Shown: piece after piece, positions 10,174-19,897 of the stretch
How positions within the stretch are numbered: the first letter of the stretch is position 1
Layout of the letters: every line of letters begins with the position of its first letter
DNA from: Thermodesulfobacteriota bacterium
GTDB taxonomy: Bacteria; Desulfobacterota; Desulfobacteria; Desulfobacterales; SURF-7
Assembly (NCBI GenBank): GCA_049320885.1
Contig: JBMORA010000009.1
Span: forward strand, 1-64,000
Direction of reading: 5' to 3'
Length of the DNA: 64,000 bases
The notes under the pieces: generated by a model
What the model saw: the letters and a program-made list of their open reading frames with translations, nothing else
Database searches by the model: none
What the model was told of the DNA's origin: nothing
Position numbers and translations under genes: made by a program

Positions 10174-11397
10174 TCACCGGATGGCAATGAAAATAAAACA
10201 GCCGCCGCTGTCGCCATCGTCCGTTGCCCCGGAAGCAGACAGATCCTGGCCGCTGCAATCCTCGTCTATGTCGTTGCCGGCGATTTCCGTGGCGCCGGGA
10301 TGGATATTGGTGTCGGCGTCATTGCAGTCCGTGTTGTCGGTGACATATCCGGAAGGCTGGGAAGCGGCTGTTTGAGGCGTATTCGCATCACCGTAGCCGT
10401 CACCGTCTGCGTCCCGGTAATAGGTCTGATTTGCGGACAGGTCGTTGCCATTACAATCCTGGTCAATACCGTCATCCATGATTTCCGTGGCGCCAGGATG
10501 GATATTGGCGTCGTTGTCATTGCAGTCCGTACTGTTGGCGACATAACCGGACGGTTGATCCGTCGACTGGGTGGAATTGCCAGCATCGCCGTAACTGTCT
10601 CCGTCCTGATCACGGTAGTAGGTGTTCGGCGACGGCTGGGATGATCCGGTAATGGCCTGGTGCCAAATCTGGGCTATGGCGTCATACCCTGCGCCGTTTG
10701 GATGATTGCCGTCGCTGCTCAGGGTGGCGCTGTTTTCGAAGATCGTTGTGGTGTGAAAATTCACGGTGGTGGCGCCATTGGCGGCGGCGGAAGAGCCGAC
10801 CTGGTTGTTGTAATTGACGATCTGGGTGGACATCCGTGCCGCCTCTTCGGCGGTGATTCCGGGAAAGGTCGCGGCCCGCAACGACGAATCCGCGATCACC
10901 GGCCGTTTGGACTGGTCATCCAGCAGCGCGATGTAAAGGTCTGCTCCGGTTGCCCCAAGATCGTGTAAAATCGTGTTCACATTGCCGGTGGAAATTCCCA
11001 TCTCGGTCTGTTCGCACGTCGTAATGTCGCTGTAATATTGGGTACACACATCGCTGTTATACAGCCCGAACAAATCGTTGCTGCCGATCCAAACCAGGGC
11101 GATTTTTCGGTTTGCGGAAGGTGCGGCATTCAGATCGGCCACGGCCGAGGCCAATTGCTTGTTGATCAGATCCTGGGTCGTATCACCGGAAATGGCGCGG
11201 TTGGAAAGGGTCGAGCCCGGATAGGCGCTTTGCAGCAGGGTCAACACCCTTGCGGGATAGCCGCCGCCGGAACCGTCATCGCCGTCGTCGGCCGTCAGGC
11301 TGTCGCCGACGGTTACCAGGGTGACGGACTGGGAAAGAACGGAGGTTGGACTGATCAGAAGCAATATGGCGGCGAACACCATGATTCCGGTTTTCAT
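10174..11397 (-). CDS. Exported SGNH/GDSL hydrolase with two MopE-like metal-binding repeats and a C-terminal CFI tail
   Basis: Signal peptide; VGDSLT, AISG, IGSND, DGNHP blocks; two YYRDxDGDxYGD...DCND...HPGATEI..D.D.DC repeats; ends [10 protein letters not shown]. Confidence 0.88.
   Translation of the reverse strand: MKTGIMVFAAILLLISPTSVLSQSVTLVTVGDSLTADDGDDGSGGGYPARVLTLLQSAYPGSTLSNRAISGDTTQDLINKQLASAVADLNAAPSANRKIALVWIGSNDLFGLYNSDVCTQYYSDITTCEQTEMGISTGNVNTILHDLGATGADLYIALLDDQSKRPVIADSSLRAATFPGITAEEAARMSTQIVNYNNQVGSSAAANGATTVNFHTTTIFENSATLSSDGNHPNGAGYDAIAQIWHQAITGSSQPSPNTYYRDQDGDSYGDAGNSTQSTDQPSGYVANSTDCNDNDANIHPGATEIMDDGIDQDCNGNDLSANQTYYRDADGDGYGDANTPQTAASQPSGYVTDNTDCNDADTNIHPGATEIAGNDIDEDCSGQDLSASGATDDGDSGGCFIFIAIR
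10227..10622 (-). repeat. Intragenic tandem duplication, 2 x ~198 nt (66-aa MopE-like repeat)
   Basis: YYRD codons at 10620 and 10422 give a 198-nt period; near-identical DNA such as gatttccgtggcgcc.ggatggatattgg. Confidence 0.85.
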
Positions 11398-11581
11398 CGA
11401 CAGACTCCTTTCCCGGCAGCTCCCGGCCTGATATCGTTTTAATGGTATGGAAACAGAATGGACGGTTATTGCGCCGACGTCGGCAGTGCTTAACTGTAAA
11501 ACAAATCTGAAAAAAGTACAAAAGAATTGTATCCGCTTGACGGTTTCCCCGGTATGCCACGACACAACGCTCCGGACATCA

Positions 11582-12571
11582 TCAACATTGATAGACCTTA
11601 CCTGCTTCCAGCACCGAGGTTTCCGCGCGCAGCTCCGTCTGCAGGCGATTCAGCGCATGATCACAGGTGTCGTGGGCGGATAAAAAGACTTTCCGGGGGC
11701 CGGATTTGTTGATGGCCCCTATCGTGCGGCTCAGATCCTCTTCGTTGAGGCGCCGCCAGGGAGGATATCCCGTGCCGATCAGCATCTGGAACTGAATGCC
11801 GAGACGGTTGCCCCTTCCCCGGGTGATGGGGAAATGCAGGCCGCCCCCCACGGCATACAGGGGTTCGCCGGACAGTCTGGCCGCCATTTCCAGGATCACT
11901 TCGATGGTGGGGTGGCCGCACCCGGTGAAGACCATCAGTCCTTTGTTGCGGACGCGCGCCACAATGGCCTGCTCCTCTGTCCAGCCGAAGAAGAAAAGAC
12001 TCCGGGCCAAGGGGCCGGTGGTGGCGAATCCCCCTGGCAGCAGCCGGGGGTTCCGGACCACCTCCGCCTTGAACCCCTCGGCTAAGGCGGTGTCCGGCAG
12101 GAAACAGGGCTTGTTTTCCGTGGGTCCCAGTCCTGGCGGGAATTGAACGGATTTGGATCGGCTGGCCTTCATCCCGCCCATGTGGTCCGGATGCAGATGG
12201 GAAATCGCCAGGGCGTCCGCCTGCTGAAAGTTGAAACCGAGACGGCCGGTGTTATGGGAAAGGGCCGGGCGGTCTTCCCCGAAGCCGATATCATAGAGCA
12301 AGGCCCCTTTGTCGGAGCGAAACAGGTAGGAGACCGCCGCGTCCCCCATAAAACCGGGGCTGCATTTTTCCTCCACCAGGACCGTCAATTCCACAAAGTC
12401 CAGCTCCGGCAACTCCAGCGGCTGGGCCTGCTGAATGCGTTTTTTGTTTTCCCGTTCGGCAAGAAGGCGGTTGGCCTTGTAACGGCGGTTTTTTTTGAAC
12501 AGCATGGGGGCCATCAGCGGGGATGCCAGGCCGATCACCGGCCACCAAAGGGGAGAAATTCGAAACGCCAT
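11582..12571 (-). CDS. MBL-fold metallo-hydrolase with N-terminal hydrophobic segment
   Basis: [41 protein letters not shown]. Confidence 0.88.
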   Translation of the reverse strand: MAFRISPLWWPVIGLASPLMAPMLFKKNRRYKANRLLAERENKKRIQQAQPLELPELDFVELTVLVEEKCSPGFMGDAAVSYLFRSDKGALLYDIGFGEDRPALSHNTGRLGFNFQQADALAISHLHPDHMGGMKASRSKSVQFPPGLGPTENKPCFLPDTALAEGFKAEVVRNPRLLPGGFATTGPLARSLFFFGWTEEQAIVARVRNKGLMVFTGCGHPTIEVILEMAARLSGEPLYAVGGGLHFPITRGRGNRLGIQFQMLIGTGYPPWRRLNEEDLSRTIGAINKSGPRKVFLSAHDTCDHALNRLQTELRAETSVLEAGKVYQC

Positions 12572-12630
12572 TTGCCGACCTCCTTGATTCATCGCGGTGT
12601 TGAATGGTCGCAGCCCATTGCGATCTCAAT

Positions 12631-12677
12631 ATTATGAGAGCACGCTCATAATTAGGCCCAATACCCGTGCTTGTCAA
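12631..12677 (-). promoter_or_regulatory. Sigma70-like promoter with overlapping 8-6-8 palindromic operator upstream of the MBL gene
   Basis: TTGACA on the minus strand (12677-12672); ATTATGAG-agcacg-CTCATAAT palindrome 12631-12652 overlapping the -10 position. Confidence 0.55.
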
Positions 12678-12794
12678 GCGGTAAAAAACCGGAGAAAAGG
12701 GCGCTGGGAAAGAAGGAAACAGCGAGACCGGCGGACCTGCTGTTGTTTCTGGCGGGAAGGGTTATGATAACGATCTGTTTTTCAGTGGAATATA

Positions 12795-13487
12795 CTAGAA
12801 ACCAAGGGCCTTCGTCATCCGGGTCCGGGCATAGGCGAGTGCCTGTTCCATGATGTTGGCGGCCAAATCGCTGTTGCCGGCGATGACGGCCCGGACCAGT
12901 TCCCGGTGGAATGCCATGGATTGGGCGGCAGTGTCGGGTAAACTGTAAAAGATATCGGTATAAAACCGGTAGATCGGCCGGAAGGAGGTGAACAGCAGGC
13001 GGATGATGGTGTTGCCGGACAGATGGGCGACAGTGAAATGCAAACGGTAATCGGCCGAGGATAGATAGGCGGGCTCCGCAAGATGGTCATCGATGCCGCC
13101 GATGATATCATTGAGCATGGCGGCGCCCTGGGGCGTGATCCGGCTTGCGGCCTGCCGGGCTGCGAAGACTTCGGCCAGGTTCCTGAATTCCAGGAGAGAT
13201 TCCAGCAGGCGGGGATCCACGGCCTCCCGGGTCTGCATGATCTGAACCAGCAGTTCCAGGGAAGCCTCGGATTCGAATTCGCAGACATAGGTGCCGCTGT
13301 GGGGTATTTTTTCCACCAGCCCCATCTGGGTCAACTTGCGCACCGCGTCCCGGATGGTGACCCGGCTGACCCCCAGGCGTTCCGCCAGGATGCGTTCGGA
13401 AGGGAACTTACTTCCCGGGGGGTAGCTTCCCTGAATGATGTCGGTTTTCAATTGGGCAAAAATCGTTTCGGACAGATTCATGGGCAA
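12795..13487 (-). CDS. FadR/GntR-family transcriptional regulator
   Basis: PPGSKFPSERILAERLGVSRVTIRDA wHTH; FCD-type C-terminal domain. Confidence 0.93.
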   Translation of the reverse strand: MPMNLSETIFAQLKTDIIQGSYPPGSKFPSERILAERLGVSRVTIRDAVRKLTQMGLVEKIPHSGTYVCEFESEASLELLVQIMQTREAVDPRLLESLLEFRNLAEVFAARQAASRITPQGAAMLNDIIGGIDDHLAEPAYLSSADYRLHFTVAHLSGNTIIRLLFTSFRPIYRFYTDIFYSLPDTAAQSMAFHRELVRAVIAGNSDLAANIMEQALAYARTRMTKALGF

Positions 13488-13644
13488 GGCCTGCTCCTCC
13501 GGATTCCAGCTGTTTCAGGGCTTTCAATGGTTGCGCTATTTTTCTTCATTCCGTTGTCACCGTCAAGGAGAATTGACGGCCCGGCCCCACCCGCCGGGTT
13601 GATCCGGATTCCTGTTGACACGGGTGCGGATTTTTGGTTTGATT

Positions 13645-13657
13645 CTGGTAATACCAG
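13645..13657. promoter_or_regulatory. FadR-subfamily GntR operator
   Basis: Perfect palindrome CTGGTA-A-TACCAG matching the TGGT-N3-ACCA FadR/PdhR/LldR consensus; downstream of TTGACA (13615-13620), between the divergent GntR and GRE genes. Confidence 0.75.
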
Positions 13658-13698
13658 TTTCCCGCCAGCAACGCAAACATCCCGATGGAGGGTTGCCG

Positions 13699-16170
13699 AT
13701 GAGCGCCAACGTGAGGTTGAAAACAGCTGTTTCCGGCTCCGACAATATGGCGGAGGCATACCGCGATTCCTGCCGGGAACCCAGCCCCCGCATCACCGCC
13801 ATCCGGGCCGATTTGTTCAGCGAGCCCTATTCCATCTGCCTGGAACGGCCCAAACTGCTGCGCCGGTTCCGGAATACCCCGGAAGGACGGCCGGCCGGAA
13901 AGGATCACCCGCTGGTGCGGCGGGCCAAGTCCCTGGCCTATCTGATGTCCCGGCGGCGACCCCGGATTTATGCCGGCGAGCTGATCATCGGCAACATGAC
14001 TTCCAAACGCATCGCCGCCAACTATTATCCGGAGGGCGGTTCCATCAATATTCTGGAAGATCTCTTCCGGCTGGAAAAGCGGCAGATTCCCCTTGTGCTG
14101 ACGACCAGGGAAAAAATCGACTTGGCTGTCATCGGCCTCAGCGGAGCTTTCGCCAGCGTGGGGGCCCGGGCTTTGATCCGGCCGGGACGCATCCGGCACT
14201 TTCTGGACTTCTTCCGGGCCAAACGCTATTTCATCACGGAAGAGGCCGGGATCGGACACCAGGTAGGCGGCTATCATGGCGTGGTGCACGACGGCCTGCA
14301 GGCCGTCGACCGGATCGCCGAAGCCTGCCTGGAAACCGGTTTTCTGAAAAATGGTGAGGCCCTGAACGCCGACCAGCAGGCCTTTTATCAGGCCATCCGC
14401 ATCACCATCCGGGGCATCCGCGCCATGGCGGCCAACCTGGCGGCCGAGGCCGAGCGTCTGGCCGATAGCCATGACACGCCGGAAAGCCGCCGGACCGAAT
14501 TGCGCACCGCCGCCGCCGCCTGCCGCCATGTGCCCTACCATCCGGCCCGCAGCTTTCAGGAAGGGCTCCAGGCCTGCTGGCTGGTCCATGTGGCCATGAA
14601 CCTGGAGGATTTCGAACAGGGCATGTCTTTCGGCCGTCTGGACCGTATTCTGCTGCCCCTGTTCCGGAAGGACCTGGAACAGGGGCGCCTGACCCGGGGA
14701 CAGGCCACGGAAATCATGGCCTCGTTTCAACTGAAGACCTGCGAGACCATCCCCATTTACTCCGAACGTATCGACCGGTATTTCAGCGGGAACGGCGTAG
14801 CCCAGGGAATCACCGTGGGCGGCACGGACGAAGACGGACTGGACAGCACCAACGAATTGTCCGGAATCGTCCTGGACGCCTTTGCCCAGATCCGGACACG
14901 GGAACCGGCCCTGCATGTCCGGGTGCATGATGAAACGCCGGCCTGGTTTCTGGAAAAGGCCGTGGAAACCGTCCAGCTCGGATGCGGCAAGCCGTCCTTT
15001 TTCGGCGATACCGCGGTTGTCCGGGCACTGGAGTCGGCGGGCATGTCCACGCCCCACGCCAGGGACTACGCAGTGATCGGCTGCGTGGAAATGGCCAGCC
15101 AGGGAAGGACCTACAATTCGTCGGACGCGGCCCTCTTCAATCTCCCCCTCTGCCTGGAGCTGGCCCTGAACCGGGGATATTGCTACGGGGAACCCCATTA
15201 CGGCGTGCGCATGGGCGCGGCCACGCCGGCGGTTACGCGGATGCATTCCTTTGACGATGTGGTGGCGGCTTTCCGGGTCCAGGTGGCGCATGCCATGGCG
15301 GAAATGGTCAAGGTGATCGGCTGGCTGGAGGCCACCTATCGCATCTGGCGGCCCACCCCGGTCAACTCCATGGTGACCCAAGGGTGCCTGGAAAGCGGCC
15401 GGGATGTCACCTGGGGAGGCGCGCTTTACGACCTGACGTCCATCCAGGCTGCCGGTCTGGCCGATACCGGGGATTCCCTGCACGCCCTGAAAACCCTGGT
15501 GTTTGATGAGCGGCGCATCTCCCTTTCGGAGTTGCTGACGATCCTCAAATCCAATTTCAAAGATCATCCGGTTCTGCAGCAGGAACTGCTGCGCCGGTTT
15601 CCCAAATACGGCAACGACATCGCCGCCGTTGACCGCATGACCCAGCTGGCCGCGGATGTATATGCCGACGCCGTCACCACCCATCGCAATTCCAGAGGCG
15701 GCCGCTATGTTCCGGGCATTTATTCCATGACCTGCCATATCGCTTTCGGCCGCCGGACCGGTGCCCTGCCCAACGGGCGTGGGGCCGGAATGCGGCTGTC
15801 CAACGGCCTGTCGCCGGCTGACGGCGCCGACCGCAAAGGACCCACCGCCATTCTCAACTCCGCCGCCTCGCTGGACAGCAGCCGCTGGTCCAATTGCTGC
15901 GCCCTGAACCTGATGTTCGACCGCCGGACCGTCCAGGGCGCAAAAGGCCGCCGGGTCCTGAGCAACTTGTTCCGCGCCTATTTTCAGCAGGGCGGCATGC
16001 AGGTGCAGGCCAATGTTCTGGATGCGGACATGCTGCGGGCCGCCAGGCAAAACCCGGCGGACTATCCCGGCATTGTGGTGCGGGTGGCCGGCTACTGCGC
16101 CTATTTCAGGGACCTGCAACCATCGGTGCAGGACGAGATCATCGCCCGCACGGCCCATGGGATTCAATGA
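13699..16170 (+). CDS. Glycyl radical enzyme (PFL-like superfamily, unknown substrate)
   Basis: GELIIGN, SFGRLD, Cys loop IGCVE, GALPNGR, Gly loop VRVAGY, EIIART; GGAGG RBS. Confidence 0.93.
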   Translation: MSANVRLKTAVSGSDNMAEAYRDSCREPSPRITAIRADLFSEPYSICLERPKLLRRFRNTPEGRPAGKDHPLVRRAKSLAYLMSRRRPRIYAGELIIGNMTSKRIAANYYPEGGSINILEDLFRLEKRQIPLVLTTREKIDLAVIGLSGAFASVGARALIRPGRIRHFLDFFRAKRYFITEEAGIGHQVGGYHGVVHDGLQAVDRIAEACLETGFLKNGEALNADQQAFYQAIRITIRGIRAMAANLAAEAERLADSHDTPESRRTELRTAAAACRHVPYHPARSFQEGLQACWLVHVAMNLEDFEQGMSFGRLDRILLPLFRKDLEQGRLTRGQATEIMASFQLKTCETIPIYSERIDRYFSGNGVAQGITVGGTDEDGLDSTNELSGIVLDAFAQIRTREPALHVRVHDETPAWFLEKAVETVQLGCGKPSFFGDTAVVRALESAGMSTPHARDYAVIGCVEMASQGRTYNSSDAALFNLPLCLELALNRGYCYGEPHYGVRMGAATPAVTRMHSFDDVVAAFRVQVAHAMAEMVKVIGWLEATYRIWRPTPVNSMVTQGCLESGRDVTWGGALYDLTSIQAAGLADTGDSLHALKTLVFDERRISLSELLTILKSNFKDHPVLQQELLRRFPKYGNDIAAVDRMTQLAADVYADAVTTHRNSRGGRYVPGIYSMTCHIAFGRRTGALPNGRGAGMRLSNGLSPADGADRKGPTAILNSAASLDSSRWSNCCALNLMFDRRTVQGAKGRRVLSNLFRAYFQQGGMQVQANVLDADMLRAARQNPADYPGIVVRVAGYCAYFRDLQPSVQDEIIARTAHGIQ

Positions 16171-16203
16171 TTTGTTTCATCTTTGGAATGAAAGGGATCG
16201 TCT

Positions 16204-16968
16204 ATGCAAACCCTGAAAACAAGCGGAATTGAATTTGAAGCCGGGCGCTGGCCGCTGGACCCGGCCCGTGACACCATTGTATTTATCCATGGATCAGGCG
16301 GCACGAACATTTTGTGGCGCTCCCAGGTGGAAATGCTCGCCGGCAGCTTCAACACCGTTGCCTTGAATTTGCCCGGTCATGGCAACAGCGACGGACATGG
16401 CCTGAACCGGATCGAAGACTATGCGCAAAGCGTGTCGCAATTCATCCGGTCCATCGAGGTCAACATGCCGGTGATCTGCGGGCTCAGCATCGGTGGCGCC
16501 ATAGTTCTCCAGCTGTTGATCGAACAGCGGGAACGCTGCAAGGCCGGAATTGTCGTCAATGCGGGCGCAAGGTTGAAAGTCATGCCCCTCATCTTTGAGA
16601 TGGTCGAGAAGGATTATCAGGGGTTTGTAACCAGCATGTATACGTTCGGCGTTTCCCAAAAGACCGCGCCGTCCCTTCTGAAACCCCTGGCTGACAGCAT
16701 GTCGGCATGCCCACCGGCAGTAACGCTATGCGATTTTACGGCTTGCAATACGTTTGATGTCATGGATCGACTTGGGAAAATCGATGTTCCGGTGCTGGTG
16801 CTGACGGCATCCGATGACCAGTTGACTCCGGGTAAGTACGGCCGGTTTTTGGCCGAGCGGATTCAAACCGCTGAAATCGTCAATATCGAAGATGCGGGAC
16901 ATCTGGCCCCGGTTGAAAAGCCGGAAGAGGTCGCCCGGGCCATCCAGACATTTCTGGCGAAGCTGTAA
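16204..16968 (+). CDS. Alpha/beta hydrolase
   Basis: FIHGSGG, NLPGHG, GLSIGG, AGHLAPVE. Confidence 0.9.
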   Translation: MQTLKTSGIEFEAGRWPLDPARDTIVFIHGSGGTNILWRSQVEMLAGSFNTVALNLPGHGNSDGHGLNRIEDYAQSVSQFIRSIEVNMPVICGLSIGGAIVLQLLIEQRERCKAGIVVNAGARLKVMPLIFEMVEKDYQGFVTSMYTFGVSQKTAPSLLKPLADSMSACPPAVTLCDFTACNTFDVMDRLGKIDVPVLVLTASDDQLTPGKYGRFLAERIQTAEIVNIEDAGHLAPVEKPEEVARAIQTFLAKL

Positions 16969-17036
16969 AAACCATTTTTTGCATTCGCCGAATTCGAACA
17001 AGAAAGGTTCCATCCGAATTTCGCCGGCTGAATCCA

Positions 17037-18185
17037 CTACGCGGGCGGGAAAAATGATGTGTACATCCTGTCTCCGCTGCCCCGGAGGGCCTGCAGGTGG
17101 CTGGTCGCCAAAACGAACATCGTATGGGACCAGAGCAACGGCGAGACCGAAACCTGGAAGTCATTATCAAACAATTGCTCGGGGATCTGGTCACCATTCG
17201 GTAATCTATCCATAACCCAATAATAGTATTTTTCAGCAGCGGTGATGTCGCCTTTCATCGCGTAATAGATGGACAGCCAGAAATTCAGGAGCGGCCAGGC
17301 CCCCGCGCCTTTTTTGCGATGCAGGGTTTCGTGCATCCAGCCGTCATAGTCATCCTGCTCATAGCGGTGGATGCCGCCGTTGATGCACAGTTTTGTTTCA
17401 ATCTCGCGGATGGAGGCGATCATTCTGGGATCGCTTGCCGTATAAACGTCGAAAGGATATACCAGTCCCATAATTGATGCATCGATTCTTCTGTCCGGGA
17501 TTTTACCGAAGGACCGGATGAAGTGCTCCATGAAATGCTGATCCAGGCGGCACTTCATTTTTTCGGCGGTATCCAGCCAGGGCCTATTGGGAAGCAATTG
17601 ATGGGCGCAGCGGAGTCCTTTGATGCAGGCGGCCAGGGAATAGGAAAAGTTTTCCTCAAGATCGGGAAAGCAGTGTCGCTCCTCCCAAATATCATGGGTG
17701 ATCTGGATGAAATGTGTTTCCTTCCAGGCTCTGCAAATCCCATCGGCGGCCATGGCTGTCAGCGATTTCATCCATTCAGCAAGGGAAGATTCCGGATGCG
17801 CCTGACGGTGATGCCACAGGGCGAACAAGACCGCGCCGGTTTGATCCGGCTGAAAGTTGGGCAGGGCTTTCAATCCGTTCGGATAGTATTTTTCATAAAA
17901 AACGCCCGTCTGTTCAAAGCCTTCCGCCCTGGTCACACACCAGTGAAAAAAATTTTCCGCAACGTGCCGGAGACCCAACATATCGGAAGCGATACAGGCA
18001 AATGCGGCGTCCCTGGGCCACACGTAATAATAATTTTTGGCCGCTTTGGGATATAGGAGTTTGGTTGTATCCGCAGCCACTATCGCGCCGTTTTCCAGGG
18101 AACAGTCCCGGATCAATTTTCGGGTGGCGGATAACAACTTGCGGACCTGGCTATCGGAGGGGATCGCTTTGTTTCGATTTTTCAT
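17037..18185 (-). CDS. Glycoside hydrolase family 15 (glucoamylase-like)
   Basis: GAIVAA, YVWPRD, QPDQTG, DIWEE, IDAS, GGIHRYEQD, SPLLWSH. Confidence 0.88.
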   Translation of the reverse strand: MKNRNKAIPSDSQVRKLLSATRKLIRDCSLENGAIVAADTTKLLYPKAAKNYYYVWPRDAAFACIASDMLGLRHVAENFFHWCVTRAEGFEQTGVFYEKYYPNGLKALPNFQPDQTGAVLFALWHHRQAHPESSLAEWMKSLTAMAADGICRAWKETHFIQITHDIWEERHCFPDLEENFSYSLAACIKGLRCAHQLLPNRPWLDTAEKMKCRLDQHFMEHFIRSFGKIPDRRIDASIMGLVYPFDVYTASDPRMIASIREIETKLCINGGIHRYEQDDYDGWMHETLHRKKGAGAWPLLNFWLSIYYAMKGDITAAEKYYYWVMDRLPNGDQIPEQLFDNDFQVSVSPLLWSHTMFVLATSHLQALRGSGDRMYTSFFPPA

Positions 18186-18199
18186 TGTGGTTACGGTGA

Positions 18200-18354
18200 T
18201 AAGTCCAGATTCTTTCGTTCTGGAGGGATTGCCAGAACCGACCGCCTTGGGCTTTCAGCTGCTCCCATTCCTGGAGGGTATACACCAACGGTTCCGCTGC
18301 CTGTTCCAGGCCTCTTTCGGCTTGGGCAAGCCAGTCCTTGGATCGGTCCGTCAT
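18200..18354 (-). pseudogene. HEPN/MNT toxin-antitoxin remnant (HEPN N-terminus joined to MNT C-terminus)
   Basis: MTDRSKDWLAQAERGLEQA resembles HEPN starts; EPLVYTLQEWEQL...ERIW resembles minimal nucleotidyltransferase C-termini. Confidence 0.6.
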
Positions 18355-18456
18355 GCGTTTCCCTGTCACAGTTGTGGTTGCAGATTAACACGCGGAAATG
18401 AAAAAAACAAATGGGTTTCCGGTTTCCGGTCCGGAAAAACACGTTGTTGCCTTTTC

Positions 18457-18610
18457 ATCGTTCATAGCGCCAGCTGTCAGCGGCATGATCCAGCGGAAGG
18501 CTGCTGACGCCGGGTGCGGTGGGATAGGCCCGGTCCCCCGGGTACAGGATCCAGAGATGCGCGAGGTTTAGATCCTTGATGGTGCTGGTCATGGAAGGAG
18601 TGAAGCCGGT
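18457..18610 (-). pseudogene. C-terminal fragment of an AAA_14/DUF4143-type ATP-binding protein
   Basis: Manual translation TPSMTSTIKDLNLAHLWILYPGDRAYP...VS then frameshift to LPLD; no N-terminal part present. Confidence 0.55.
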
Positions 18611-19119
18611 CTGGAGCGGCACGGTGTCCAGCTCCGAATCCGGATCCAGCGCCGCCAGGGCCAGTTCATACCGGGCGGAGAGGGTCGCAAGAACGTTTGC
18701 GGATCAACCCGATATCGAACCCTGGTGCAAAAACAAAACCCATCGTTATGGTTAACGCATTTTCGGCAAGCAGCATTGACAATTGGCATGATCTCTCATT
18801 TAGAAGGTCAGCGGATGTCCATGTCTTCCGGAAAATTCCAGCACCAGCAGAAGCCGATTTTGATGGAAGGCGGCGGATTTTTTGTTTGACACGGATGCCT
18901 TTGGCAAGTATGATAAATAAAACAGGTTGGTTATCTCGATATACAAGGACAAAAGACGCTCCTGTATGGACCTGTAGGTTTCCATTTACCGATCCGATTA
19001 CACCACCGCTCCATTCACCTGCAATGAGAGGTTTGCCCGGCATCCACTATTTTGAAAACGTCGCCGCCATGGCGATGGATCGTCCCGGAAGGAGAATGAG
19101 ATGGAAAGGAGGTATGTTC

Positions 19120-19881
19120 ATGTTGCGATGGCTGGCCGTTATCTCAATCCTCTCGCCTGCATTGCTTTTCGGAGTCTGCCGTTCGGATGCGGATGACATC
19201 ATTGCGGTTACCGAAGTGTGGCCGCCGTTCAGAATCCAAGAGGAGCGGGACCCCGACCGACTGACCGGCATCGACATCGATCTGCTGGCGCGCATCGGGG
19301 CGGAACTGGGTGTCACCATCACCGTCAAGCGGTTGCCCTGGGCCCGGTGTCTGGACTTCATGAAATCCGGCCGGGCCGATATCATCACCGGACTGGCCTA
19401 TACCGAAGACCGGGCCCGGTACATTCGTTTCAGCCGGCAGCCGTATTATACGGTGGCCCCGGCGTTTTTTGTCCGCAAAGGAAGCGGCGCGGTGATCAGA
19501 AACTATGACGACCTGTACCGTTTCACCATCGGCTATTCCATTGATTCGGCTTATTTCGAACCGTTCAATTCGGATAAAAAATTACGAAAAGTCGGCGTTT
19601 CCACCGAGCGGCAGCTCATCGAGATGTTGCACCAGGGGCATTTACCGGTGATCATCGGCACGGATTGCAATGTCGAATATGACGCGGCGCGCCTGGGCGT
19701 GGGTTCCGCCATTGAGAAAGCGCCTTATCGACCGGAGCAAACGACCGATCTGTATATCGGCATTTCAAAGAAATCCGCTTTTCTGAAACAAGGCGACCAC
19801 ATGGAGCGGTTCGTCGAGAAGCTGGTGAAAACAGGCGTCGTGAAGAAACTGACGACCAGATATCTCCTACAGCGGGAATGA
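19120..19881 (+). CDS. Periplasmic substrate-binding protein (family 3, amino-acid type)
   Basis: Signal peptide; WPPF, GIDIDLL, LPWARCL..MKSGRAD; AGGAGG RBS. Confidence 0.88.
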   Translation: MLRWLAVISILSPALLFGVCRSDADDIIAVTEVWPPFRIQEERDPDRLTGIDIDLLARIGAELGVTITVKRLPWARCLDFMKSGRADIITGLAYTEDRARYIRFSRQPYYTVAPAFFVRKGSGAVIRNYDDLYRFTIGYSIDSAYFEPFNSDKKLRKVGVSTERQLIEMLHQGHLPVIIGTDCNVEYDAARLGVGSAIEKAPYRPEQTTDLYIGISKKSAFLKQGDHMERFVEKLVKTGVVKKLTTRYLLQRE

Positions 19882-19897
19882 CCACTACCCTCTACAT

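Noticed and set aside
13546..16167. 873-aa antisense ORF over the glycyl radical enzyme (similar ones at 3269-4843, 29902-31470, 48054-49475)
   Set aside because: Mirror-frame artefacts of high-GC coding sequence; no recognisable domains
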